Assembly (NCBI RefSeq): GCF_003918875.1
Contig: NW_025767431.1
Coordinates: 62,001-126,000 of the forward strand
From: Haliotis rubra
Lineage: Eukaryota
DNA length: 64,000 bases
Direction of reading: 5' to 3'
Positions within the stretch are counted from its first letter, which is position 1. Every line of letters begins with the position of its first letter. Both the position numbers and the translations under genes were made by a program. This document shows, piece after piece, positions 49,846 through 62,163 of the stretch. Under the pieces are notes generated by a model that was not told the DNA's origin, made no database searches, and worked only from the letters and a program-made list of their open reading frames with translations.

Positions 49846-51899
49846 GGGGACGGGTCTTCGAGGGTCGGGGAGGATGATTTAAGGGGGCCCACTCATTGTG
49901 TTCTGGGGAGGTAGGGGGTCATCAATTTTGTACACATGTACTAGGGGATGGGGGGGGTTGTCAGCAATTTTGTACATATAAATATTTCAAGATCGTGCTT
50001 GAAATTATAGGAAGGGGGGGTAATTGATTTTGTACATGAAATGCAGGGGGGAGGGGGCTCCTACTTTGTACATAAATTTAAGGGAGGGTCGTTAACATTG
50101 AACAGGCCTCTCCATAAAAATCATCATCCCCCCCTGGCCATTAATTATGAACGCTCCCTTACCAGCAAAGAAAACAGCCCTTCTAACACTCTGAGGAATG
50201 CAGAAGCCTGCGGTATTAGGCAGATAAACGTTCTTATAGTGTTCGACCTGGCAGTGCCTCCATGGAGAAATCCCATTCGCTCATTGTGCTGCCTTGAGCT
50301 GCGTGTAGTGAGCCCAACCAGGTATCATCATCTGCATCGTTTATCCGCATCAACGTTATGAACATATTTTACTGAAAAAAGTTCTAGTAAAAAAAAATAT
50401 AATATTCACCCTGAGACTGCATATATTTGCTTCAGGGTCTTTAAGTTTATCTACATGTACTCTAATCTTTAACGTAAGCATTAAAGGAGCCATCGCGGTC
50501 ACGGTTGAAGTCATACATATGCATTTGCTTTTGTCTAAAACCTTTCCTCTGTCTTGTAATTCTTTCAGAATTTGAAGAAGTGAATGCACAGAAGCAGCAT
50601 GATGGTGGGACACTAATAATGCAGATCCCCTTGGGTAATTAGAAGATAAAGCTACTCTGTTTTCAATTTTGCGGTCCTTTATCGTTGATTTAAGACCGCT
50701 AAATGTAATTTAAAACCGAACGCGTTAGCGTGAGGTTTTAAATTAAACATTTAGCGGTCTTAAATCAACGATAAAGGACCGCAAATTTGAAAACAGAGTA
50801 GCTTTATCTTCATTCTAGCACGACTGATAAGCGTTTAAAAACCGAACTGTTTGGCGCGCAAGAACACAAGGCGCAAAGGGGCCTTTTTCCTGGAAATCGC
50901 TTTGGAACCGTCCCGTTGAGGGACAGGTTGTGTAATGAACAAAATCAGTTATTTTCAACAACATAAATGCTATATTTCAGGAACCAGTATGCTTGTATTT
51001 GTAACAAGTAGCATACATAAATAAATAAAAATACAGTTTATACTGTGAGCAAGTACAATTATTTGATTTTTCTCAAGCGAATTATTGATCTCCCCTACTG
51101 TATGACAATCGACTCGCCCAAATGCAAGCCGTGAACTCGCTAAGTTTAGTCGCCGCCAACTTTATTCACGGAAATAATTGTTGATAACCACCCTACTATT
51201 CCCAATTTGGAAAAGACCTGACATGCCACGTTTTATGTGGGATACATGGACAGTGGAAGTGGAAGGACTGGGCATTACGGCCGGGACGGAAGCTGTCAGG
51301 TTAGGACGTGTGGGCCGACGTGTGTTGTCGACGTCAACACACGTAGATCTGGACCCGCTTTGAATATACTGCCGCTTTTGCGCTGCTGACGGATTTTCCA
51401 GCTTCGTGGTTTCTTCTCTGGGATTAGGGTCAAGAAATTCTTCTTCAAACCATTCGCTTTTTACTTAAAAACACCAAAGATGCTGCCGAGATAGAAATTG
51501 CCGATGTCCGACATGTTTGTTTACAAACAATAGGGTCAACGAGTTCGTTGTATTCATACGCGATGAATCGGTCACTTTAATTAGCGGTCCTTAAACTGTC
51601 ATTTAAGTACGGTTTTGATGAGCTCTCAGCCAATCAGAATCGAGTATCACACATTGTCGTGCTATCTTATCGATTTTGAAACGTACTTTTACGATAAATT
51701 TAGTTTTTATAGTTTAGCGTCTCGAATTTAATTCATGGTTGGATGTCCGTTTTTCTCTATCCATTTAATCCAATATATTTCACTGTAACTGACTTTTAAA
51801 AAATTATTTGTTTGTTTGTCTTCAGGTTCTGTTGACAGTGCATTGTTACTATTGCCCATAATATCTCCGATAAAACTGAATGGATACGTTCTACCCTGA
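46487..51899 (+). CDS. Receptor C: six-exon single-CRD TNFR-like type-I membrane protein, essentially missed by the ORF track
   Basis: All introns are phase 1, GT-AG. Exons: 46487-46550 (MVAHATLLILLPCLGRIACVQ); 47138-47254 (VCPRDFYYSTDTDRCESCAELCHQATVRKTESTCRRLCP); 47777-47905 (stalk; TAGTAG tandem acceptor); 48874-49023 (TM VTIYTVCTLMLLIMIMCCVSAVLLMSG, then CCCCKRR); 50569-50634 (EFEEVNAQKQHDGGTLIMQIPL); 51826-51899 (GSVDSALLLLPIISPIKLNGYVLP*). The last two exons are less certain. Confidence 0.85.
49782..50158. mobile_element. PIF/Harbinger-like MITE with TTA TSD
   Basis: TTA|GGGACCGTACACAAGTAATGGC...GCCATTAATTATGAACGCTCCC|TTA, with internal G-runs and (TG)n. Confidence 0.7.
50642..50811. 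repeat. Near-perfect 170-bp palindrome, probably the end of a ~1 kb non-autonomous element extending to ~51665
   Basis: GAAGATAAAGCTACTCTGTTTTCAA..GCGGTCCTTTATCGTTGATTTAAGACCGCTAAATG is mirrored at 50748-50811. TAGCACGAC at 50816 is inverted at about 51656-51664. Confidence 0.9.
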
Positions 51900-53344
51900 A
51901 ATCAAATACTAGTAACACAAGTTACGAACGATGAAAATAACAATTTTATCATAATGCAAATGCCAGTGGGATCAACATTCAATTAACGCATTCTCACCAT
52001 CGCGGAAAGTATGCCGTCAACACCGAAAGTTAATGCTGGGCCATGTCACCGACTGACCATTTTCAGCCAGTTTCTTGGCCTATGTCTATGAACATACTCT
52101 CAACTGTTGCATGTACCTCGAATATGGCGTCCTACAGTCCATTCATCGGTACAAAGATATGACTTCCGTCCATCCATCGGTACAAAGACATGACTTGCCA
52201 GGGTTAAGTCATCCAATTTACCAAATGCTGATATGATGCACACTCTTTTATCCTGCGTATTAATTGAAAACAAACATTTCAAGTCTGTCCTGTCTGCCGA
52301 TGAAAACATCTCCTTCCAAACGTCGAAGTATCCAATATGCATCATCCGATTCAGAATAACAGTGCACCACTAAAAACTCCCTTTCCTAGCACAGATCGTT
52401 TTCTTTTCCTTTCCGGACACTTGTGAACAGAAGAAGGTCGGTTGTTCCGTAACGCTAATCACATCAAGGTCAGGGTCATGGACTATTGTTTAAAAACATT
52501 TGTTCACAATAAATTTCTCGTTGAATAACCCCCACTTGTTGCATAATCTGTTTATACTCTTGTTGTGAGTTGGCATTGTATAAATCGTTAGATTTTCAGC
52601 ATTTTCACTCTATAATGACGTGAAGCTAACGACGGCAAAACTGCTTGGTGAACAGTTTGAGGTAAACCGCACGCATTTGACTACTTATGAGGTATCCTGC
52701 ATCACGTACTATGAAATACATAATGTCGATAATAATGAAACTCAAATGATTCTCCATGCTTAACTTTAGAAAATTTTCACAATTCTGTCATATCCCTAGA
52801 TAAATATATGTTTATTATTCGATTATCGTGGAATCATTATTGACTGTGTTAATGGAGTTTGGTTTCATACGCGTAGGAATTGACAAAATGCATCTTTGCC
52901 TCTAACATAAAGGATGAATGAAAGAATCTTTCAATCTTCATCTGTTCAAATTTGACCATAGGCAATGAAAACAATAGACTACTCGTGGCGAGGAGAGACG
53001 GATTTTCTGTCCTTCGTGAATTAAATGTTGCCAAAGTTCGAGAGTTACAAAATTGAATTCACAAATAATCCGTCTTCCTCGACATTCGTAAGCTGTTGTC
53101 TATTGACTAGTGTAATATGAGGAGGCATGTCCTGTTATTCACGCCATGTGACTGTGCTGCAGTCTGAGTCAGAAGCACGGGTTAATGACAAGACACCAAA
53201 TTTAGCATCAACAAGGAAATACCAGTACGGATCTCGAAACCATTTTAAGAGTAATTGCACTGGTAACCTCGTCATTAGACGATGCAGTAGGTATATACAC
53301 TGAAACAGTTACTCTGCAACTGGTATGTTACATCCTTATTGGGA

Positions 53345-55050
53345 ATGGTTGTCATGGTAGCTCCAGATTGTCATCCTTTGATCTAGCAGGTAGGTAGTGT
53401 GAAACAGGTACCAAGCATGTGTGATAACACAACTAAGAAGTGGTTGTACAGGTAGTTTCATGATTGTCATCAGTGGATCTAGCAGGTAAGTAGTGTGAAA
53501 CAGGTACCAAGCATGTGTGATAACACAACTAAGAAGTGGTTGTACAGGTAGTTTCATGATTGTCATCTGTGGATCTAGCAGGTAGGTAGTGTGAAACAGG
53601 TACCAAGCAGTGTACCACATCATGTGTGATAACACATCTAAGAAGTGGTTGTAACAGGTAGTTTCACATGATTGTGGTTGTCAGTGGATTGTAGCAGGCG
53701 ATAGCAGGTAGTGAAACAGGTACCAAGCATGTGTGATAACACATGTAAGAAGTGGTTGTACAGGTAGTTTCATGATTGTCATCAGTGGATCTAGCAGGTA
53801 GGTAGTGTGAAACAGGTACCAAGCATGTGTGATAACACATCTAAGAAGTGGTTGTATAGGTAGTTTCATGATTGTCATCTGTGGATCTAGCAGGTAGGTA
53901 GTGTGAAACAGGTACCAACCAAGCATGTGTGATAACACACATCTAAGAAGTGGTTGTATAGGTAGTTTCATGATTGTCATCTGTGGATCTAGCAGGTAAG
54001 TAGTGTGAAACAGGTACCAACCAAGCATGTGTAATACCACATCTAAGAAGTGGTTGAACAGGTAGGTTCATGATTGCCATCTGTGGATCTAGCAGGTAGG
54101 TAGTGTGAAACAGGTACCAAGCATGTGTGATAACACATGTAAGAAGTGGTTGTAGGTAGTTTCATGATTGTCATCAGTGGATCTAGCAGGTAAGTAGTGT
54201 GAAACAGGTACCAAGCATGTGTGATAACACATCTAAGAAGTGGTTGTATAGGTAGTTTCATGATTGTCATCTGTGGATCTAGCAGGTAAGTAGTGTGAAA
54301 CATACCAAGCATGTGTGATAACACATGTAAGAAGTGGTTGTATAGGTAGTTTCATGATTGTCATCTGTGGATCTAGCAGGTAAGTAGTGTGAAACAGGTA
54401 CCAAGCATGTGTGATAACACATGTAAGAAGTGGTTGTACAGGTAGTTTCATGATTGTCATCTGTGGATCTAGCAGGTAAGTAGTGTGAAACAGGTACCAA
54501 GCATGTGTGATAACACATCTAAGAAGTGGTTGTACAGGTAGTTTCATGATTGTCATCAGTGGATCTAGCAGGTAAGTAGTGTGAAACAGGTACCAAGCAT
54601 GTGTGATAACACATCTAAGAAGTGGTTGTACAGGTAGTTTCATGATTGTCATCAGTGGATATAGCAGGTAAGTAGTGTGAAACAGGTACCAAGCATGTGT
54701 GATAACACATGTAAGAAGTGGTTGTACAGGTAGTTTCATGATTGTCATCAGTGGATATAGCAGGTAAGTAGTGTGAAACAGGTACCAAGCATGTGTGATA
54801 ACACATCTAAGAAGTGGTTGTACAGGTAGTTTCATGATTGTCATCAGTGGATATAGCAGGTAAGTAGTGTGAAACGCAGGGTGCATGTGTGATAACACAA
54901 CAGAAGTGGTTGTACAGGTAGTTTCATGATTGTCATCAGTGGATCTTGCAGGTAAGTAGTGTGAAACAGGTACCAAGCATGTGTGATAACACAACTAAGA
55001 AGTGGTTGTATAGGTAGTTTCATGATTGTCACCAGTGGATCTTGCAAGTA
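53345..55050. repeat. 96-bp minisatellite (~18 units)
   Basis: Unit CAGGTAAGTAGTGTGAAACAGGTACCAAGCATGTGTGATAACACATCTAAGAAGTGGTTGTACAGGTAGTTTCATGATTGTCATCAGTGGATCTAG. Confidence 0.95.
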
Positions 55051-56891
55051 CGTACAGTGAAACAGTTACTCTGCATGTGGAACAATGATCCGTGTACCAT
55101 AAATAACATCGAATCACACATGTGTAACTATCTGGGGGACCGGGCAACAACACGTCAACATTGATTCCAGAAATACACCTCTGTCTATGCTATAATGCCA
55201 ATGTCGTAATCAACTCACAATAACATACGTTCTGGTACTGCCATGTTCCCTGGCACTCTCAGGGACAGAAACGACGGTCTGTAGAGACTGGGGATATACG
55301 TGCGATGGCTGACTCTAGGTCCTCGTGTCCAGATAGGAAAACAGGACATTATACCAGGACTGTTCATGAGGTGTCACAAAGGTGATCATTCAGAGGTACG
55401 TCAACCATTGATTGGGTTGTACAGAACTTTAGCTATCATACAATACCTATGTTTTCAACTACGTGACAGACCTATGGGCTGTCGTCAGTCAGAGTTGGTG
55501 AAGATAGTTAACCTTTTCAACTTCTAAAAGAAGTATGTCTGGATCCATACTTCTTCATGCATTTCATTGTTTGCTATATAGAATTAAATGTAAATGTGAA
55601 GATTATATTTACAACAACATAGATATGTATCGGGTCCTGTCTGCATCAAAGAGAGTTGTGACCATCGTCCCTTACCACTGACCTCATACATTTACATTGT
55701 ATATAGCAGTGCAGATGGACTGTGAGACATTATTTTATTTTAAATCTCTCTTACGATAAAAACAGTAAAGAAACTCGAAAGATAACACGAGTTGCTTATT
55801 GTAAGTATATAGAATTTAAAAATATGGTCACAAAGTACACAGATACTACAAAGTATATGTACATGTACAACTGACCTACCCTGTGTTGACAGGATAAATC
55901 TGTCGCCAACACATCACTACTTTATCATGATTCAGTAATTCAGGATATACCCGGACATGTATAATGGCTTTTAGAAATAGGGATTTTGTGTATGGTTGGC
56001 GAAAGGGGCTTGTGGCTAATAGAACATTGATTCAGATGATTCCAATACATAAAGTTTAGGTGCTATTTGATTACACACAATTAAGAATTACCAAACAGCT
56101 AAAAGTATGTTTGATGATAGTTGATTTAAAGTATTGAAAACAGACAGACAGACACACAGACATTAACAAAGGCAATAATGAATTTATGGGCAGCATATAA
56201 CGCTCATCTTTCCGCGAACACCAAGTATCATTTACTGTAGACTGAATATGTTATTTACTGTAGACTGAGTATATCATCTACTATAGATGAAGTATATCAC
56301 TGACAGCTGATGAAAGATACCGTTTACTATTATCATGCGTATACATAGCAGATATTATCTGCTGTAGATGGAGTATATAATTTACAGTCGTAACTGTAGA
56401 TGAATAGCTTATTGAATGAATTACATGTTGTAGATACAGACAATAGATGGAGTATATTATATTACTGTAAATGGAATATTTCGTTAACAAAAGACTGACA
56501 ATAACATGTACTGTACACTAACTAAATTTATGTATGCAAGGACTGTTAGTCAGTCACTAATGCAATTTAAGATTACATAGCAGGCCATACTATCAGGCGC
56601 ATACCATTGAAACTTTGTGCATAAGTTGCAAAGCTTTATGCGCAGATCCCGAGGGTTTGCATTTTAGCAAGTACACCGTCAAGCCCGGGCTTCATCTGGT
56701 AGCTACGCTGCATAGGAAACTGCGTGATTCACGCGCACATCCCGTGTTCATTCATAAAGTTCAGCGCATTGTCAGGTCACGTGATTCACCGCTCATTGCG
56801 TATGGCCCAGTCTATCGTCGGGCGCTCCACACTCGTGTTATCGATGTCACTTGTGTATCGCGTACATATCTCCTAGTGAAGTAACAGATGA

Positions 56892-59798
56892 ATGGATATA
56901 ATAGTACTAGTACTACTGAGTGTGTGTGGTCAGGTAGTGTCTGTGACACTGCGACAGTGTCCGGACTCGTCTGTGTGGAGCGTTGACTTGCACGACTGTG
57001 TGCCTTGTAAGGAACTATGTGGACGTGGGAGTAAGTACATGTAATACTACGTTTCACCTGTTTTGATTTCTTGTAATATGTCCATATACGTGATTGGACA
57101 TCTGGATATGTGTGAATTATTAGGCGTGTATGTCGCATGTGAAAATGTTAACGCCCTAATGTGGGTTGGGTAGCCTAGCGGTTACAGCTCTTCGCTTGTC
57201 ACGCCGAAGGTCCGGTTTCGAATCCCAACATGGGTACAATGTGGTGTCACCCGCCATGATATTTCTTGAATATTGCTAACGAATACATAAAACCATGTTC
57301 ACTCATTACTGGTTCCTTATTGCATACATTTAAAAGGCCCCAACACCCTTTCCCTAATCATAAACAATGCGCACGTGTTTACATTCGTTTTGAAAACTTT
57401 CCTTTAACCTGTTATAGAATAGACGTAAAACAATCCGAGATGTGTCGGCCTCGGTTGGTGTTCCAATGGATCACGTGTAATGTTAGTTGTAACATAACTA
57501 CAAGTGTAGGCTTGGCAAGAAACAATCACCATAGTTCCTACAGGGCATCCCACACACACCGGCTCAGCGATGACTTAACATAACACCACTGCCACAGGCA
57601 AATTTGCATATCACGTGACCGGACTTTTCTCTTGTTTGTAATCAAACGCGCATATTCATAATAAGAAGAGACTGGACTCACGAAAGCTTTTCGGCGCTCT
57701 CTTCATAATGTTTTACATTGTTACATATATATTCTTCCACAACTGCGACAGTAAGGTCTATGACAGTACATATTTAGATATCAAACTGGCTGCATCGTTT
57801 GCTCTCCATCAGCCTCGATGACAGCACGTGGAGCCGTACAACCTATGTAAACAAAGGATCGCTACGCAAATCGAAATAGTGTTACATGTTTTAGGATATT
57901 TTCTCAATGAAACTAAACCATTCTATCAAAGATGTTTGATTAGTTGTGTAGACTCGTCAAAAATAAAAGAGTTGAGAAATATGTAAATTATATTGAATGG
58001 ACGGTGCAAGATGTGACGAATCGTCACATTTTTCTGGCCTGTGGCAGAGATACTATGCTGGCTTGTCGCATGGAACTCTGGGTAGAGAGTGAGCATCCCA
58101 GGTACAAAGTACACAGGAAACGTACACGTAGAATGGCAAAATGCTGTCCTCGGGACACACCTGAAACTTCCGCGTCTAAAAATAGCGCATACGTGTTTAT
58201 AGTGAATGCGCGGGCGTTGGCAAATGGTAAAGACTCCTGAAGCTCTAAATGTATATCTACATTGACTATCTGTGCTGCTTGGGAATAATATTGAGCTGCT
58301 CCTCATCTTAACAAATTGTGGTTGAATGTATGGGGAGAGTCCATTTAGAGTACATGTCTTGTCAGCAAGCTAGTTCTTGAATCTGAGGGAAAGCACAAGA
58401 TCCATGTGACACTCGTACACTCACAGCACTAAAATATTAGTCTTTGTCATTCATTCATTGTCTTTGTCATTCATATTTTCTTTCATTCATTCATTTGCCA
58501 GAAAAAGATACAGCCAGTTCACCTCAGAAGTCCCAACAATTCCGTCGACATGGAAACGGCAGACATAAACGCGATGATTATGATTGTGGCGACTTCAACT
58601 ACTACGACCCCGCCATACACGGATGTACGCCGTGTGACCACCTGTGTGACTACCACGAACACCAAGGAACTACAAAGCGTTGCATGGAGAAATGTCCAGG
58701 TAGTATGTCTTCGTGGTACCTATAGCTTCATGTTAAAGTTACGTAAAACATTTTCTTCTGAAATAAGCATGTTCTAATTTATAGATAATATATAGATACT
58801 TTTTACGAGTATTATGTGTATATGCAAAGTATATTGAAAATCATCCCCAGGTCATTCCGATTTCTTTAATTGACCATAAGCGTTATAATAGGTTGTTATA
58901 TATATGTAAATACTAGTTAACAGTAGTGAACAGGCATGGCTATTTTTGCGTGTTAACAGATTACTATGTAAAGGATGGGACCTACGGCCAGTTCACAAGA
59001 AGAGAGGTCTACAAAGGATACGAGTCCTGATGATTCCAAAGGAGACGCTACCTTGACTGTAGTATTGATTATATTTGCGATAGTGTTTGTCCTGTGTACT
59101 GGCGTTATGGTTTGGAAACGGAATCAGATTTGGCAGTTCCTGGAGAGACAGTGTACAACCGATGAGGAGAAAACCTCGGTGCCATGCTGCCAGGAACAGG
59201 GAATCTGCGAGTCTGCCAATTCCAAAGTGAGTAGTAGTTAGTTTTGTTATACTTGGGGGAGGACAAAAACCTATGATCGTGGGTTCGAACCTTAAACTGA
59301 CCTGCACTAACTGTACCAAGGTCTGTCTGGACCATACCCAATGTGAGTGTAAGACATGAACAAATGTGTACCGAAACTGAAACTGTAGTAATCTTGACTT
59401 GGCACACATTCTAGACCTTCTGTATTAGGTATATTTGATTCAGGGTCAGTAGGACAGTCGATATATTCTTGAGAACTTTTAATTTATGAATTTCAGCCCC
59501 TTTGACCCACTCCCTAGGACCAATATGCCAGCCAGTTACAGAAACTCGCCACGAGAACAAAGCAGACCAGTACCTATACACAGAGACGTTTGCTGAGATT
59601 GACCTACGGTATGCTGTATTGGATGAACCGTTCTCACAGACCACAACACCATCCCTAAACAAACCTGTTCCACGGATCACCCCAGTCAGACTGCCTCCAT
59701 CTATCACCCAACCATCCCTAAACAAACCTGTTGCACGGATCACCTCAGTCAGACCCTCTCCAACTATCAACCACCCCAACGCAAACCGTATCTGCTGA
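56892..59798 (+). CDS. Receptor D: TNFR-like protein with one partial and one complete CRD; frameshifted as assembled
   Basis: Exon 56892-57030: MDIIVLVLLSVCGQVVSVTLRQCPDSSVWSVDLHDCVPCKELCGRG, A|GTAAGT. Exon 58502-58699: linker ending RHKR + CGDFNYYDPAIHGCTPCDHLCDYHEHQGTTKRCMEKCP. Exon 58960-59226: DYYVKDG, an extra base near GGG 58977-79, then stalk and TM LTVVLIIFAIVFVLCTGVMVW. Last exon from 59497, ending PL* at 59505 or, in another phase, a Pro-rich tail to 59798. Confidence 0.72.
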
Positions 59799-59924
59799 TG
59801 GCACCAACCTGACAACCTACCCCAGTCACTCCACAATCCCCAAAGTTGTTGATACTGATAGTGATGATACACACTCGTGAGGAGGAAAGTGACGAAGGCA
59901 CCTGTTAACATCGAACATGAACTA

Positions 59925-60187
59925 AATGAAAACCAAGTTCTACGGATAGTCAACTTCTTTATTGCAAGGAGTGCGAAGTTTCGGTGTAGGTACTAACACC
60001 GTTTTCAAGCGAAAACCAGGTTCTATGGATAGTCAACTTCTTTATTGCAATGTGTGCGACGTTTCGGTGTAGGTACTAACACCGTTATCAACTCGCACTC
60101 ATTGCAATAAATAGTTGACCATCCATAGAGCTTGGTTTTCCTTCATCTATACTTCATCTTCAACTTCTAAAATGCCTCTCAAAGAAG
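59925..60187 (-). mobile_element. Penelope-like pseudo-LTR fragment with degenerate hammerhead-like cores
   Basis: Two tandem ~84-bp repeats plus an inverted partial copy. Minus strand reads TTGA(A/T)AA-CGGTGT-loop-ACACC-GAAAC..AATAAA. Flanked by the 12-bp duplication GAACATGAACTA (59913-24, 60188-99). Confidence 0.65.
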
Positions 60188-62163
60188 GAACATGAACTAG
60201 TTTGTATTTTATGCCCCTTGTCAATCTTATACTCAAACTTGAAAACCAGTTGCGATACACGTTAAAGGATAAAACCTAAAGTAATTAAATTGATGGAATT
60301 GATTCAGACTAGTTTAAGTTGCTTCTGATAGAAAAACACCGTTTTGTGTTACTAGCTCATACTGTGATTGCTCGTGTTTACGCTCGCATGTACGTCTTTC
60401 GTTTTTCTTATTTGAAGGATGACAATCTCAACTTTACGTATGTATCTTGAGTGAGTGAGTATGGTTTAACGTATATATCTTTAGTGGGTGAGTGAGTGAG
60501 TATGGTTTTACGCATCTTTTTGCAATATTCCAGACATAACCAGGCGCGGGACACCAGAAATGGTGTTCACATATTGTACCCATGTGGGATTCGAACCCGG
60601 GCCTTCTGCGCGAGGAGCAGACGCTTTAACCATTCGGCTACCCCAACGCCCCGTATATATCTTGAAGTGATATGTATATGATTACCAGTGGAAGTTCTAT
60701 TGTTTTATATACACACACCTGCTTTTATACGATTTTGCGATGTTCCTATATTTGTTGAGGAGTGTGATGCTCTATTTTAGGTGCAGATATACCTGCGTTG
60801 AATAACATAGTGTGTAAGTGCTTCACTGAATGTCTGTGTTGTTTGCAAAGTAGATGTTATTAGTTACATGATAGATGGTGACCTATTGTCTTGTAGCGTG
60901 ATGGCATTACCTTGACTGTACAGTTACTGGGTGCATTGCACATGTACATGTAATTAATGTAAAACTATCCATGGGTAAGAATGTTGTTGAAATATTCTAC
61001 ATTCTGTATATAAGCACAGACGAACATATCAGCTGAATATGTCTTACATATGTTACTTCATACATAACTTGTGTTCAAACACATACCTGTTGTTAAGAGT
61101 ATATTCATCCAGTGTTGGGAGAGTGTGTGAGTGAGTGAGTTGGGGTAACTCCTTCTCCGTCGAGTAACAATATCTTAACATGTAGGCCTATTTTTTAGAG
61201 CCAGTATAATATTAAATAATACGTAGCTATGAACACAGGTAAATTACAGAACGGATATTGTAGCGTCGAGTTTGGGACGTATTTTGGAATGACGTAAAAT
61301 TGCAGAATATCATCTCTGGTAAAACTAGTTCCCAGCTAAAGCCCAACTCCGCCGATAGTTTTCTAACTGCTCATATGTGAAAAGTGATTCACTGGCTGCA
61401 GAGTGCGTGTTGCTTTGCAAATACTCCATGTCTCATACACTCTGTCAACAAAGAATATGGTGACATGCACTTCATAAAGTACTTCTGTATGATGTCATGT
61501 TCATTCATCACGTGCACGTATAAACGCATTAATACGTTGAATATCACGTTATTTGTGATATGATGTATTTCACTTATAATTTACAACTGTTGACATTTTC
61601 CCTTGAATTCTAAATATTGTTACAAACTTGTTATAAAATTAACATTTTTAATAAAATTATTTTGTAAATTTCCATGTTTTACTTAATTTCATTTTAGATT
61701 GCGAGAAAGCTCGTAGAATTGCCAGCAGAACTATTTTTGACAAACACTGATTTAATTAGGTATGCATACACAGAAAGTATTCACCCAGGTCTGAGGGTAG
61801 CGAAATATACAACACACACTAAATTGCTTTTTTGTGCATACATATCGAAGTTGCTTTTTGGAATTTAAGTTTGCAGTGATCCAGCAACTATTTTAAACCA
61901 TGTAACGCTTGATATATTTTTGTTCTATTTTTAAAGCGTATATTTTATGTTTGTCCGGCTTGGAGTGTTCAACTTAATAGCTGATAGTTATATCCATGCC
62001 GAAGGTATACTATGGTATTTGAACGGCCCGCCACGATTACGTATTATACCACGTGGGTTATCAAACCATGTGACTCTCATTCAAGTTCAGATCACTCGTG
62101 TTTACATGACTATCACAACTGTCAAACAGCGGTCAGAGCACGCTAAACGTGTATGTATTGAGC

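Noticed and set aside
53336-55047. Repetitive minus-strand ORFs
   Set aside because: Translation of a 96-bp minisatellite with frame-breaking indels.
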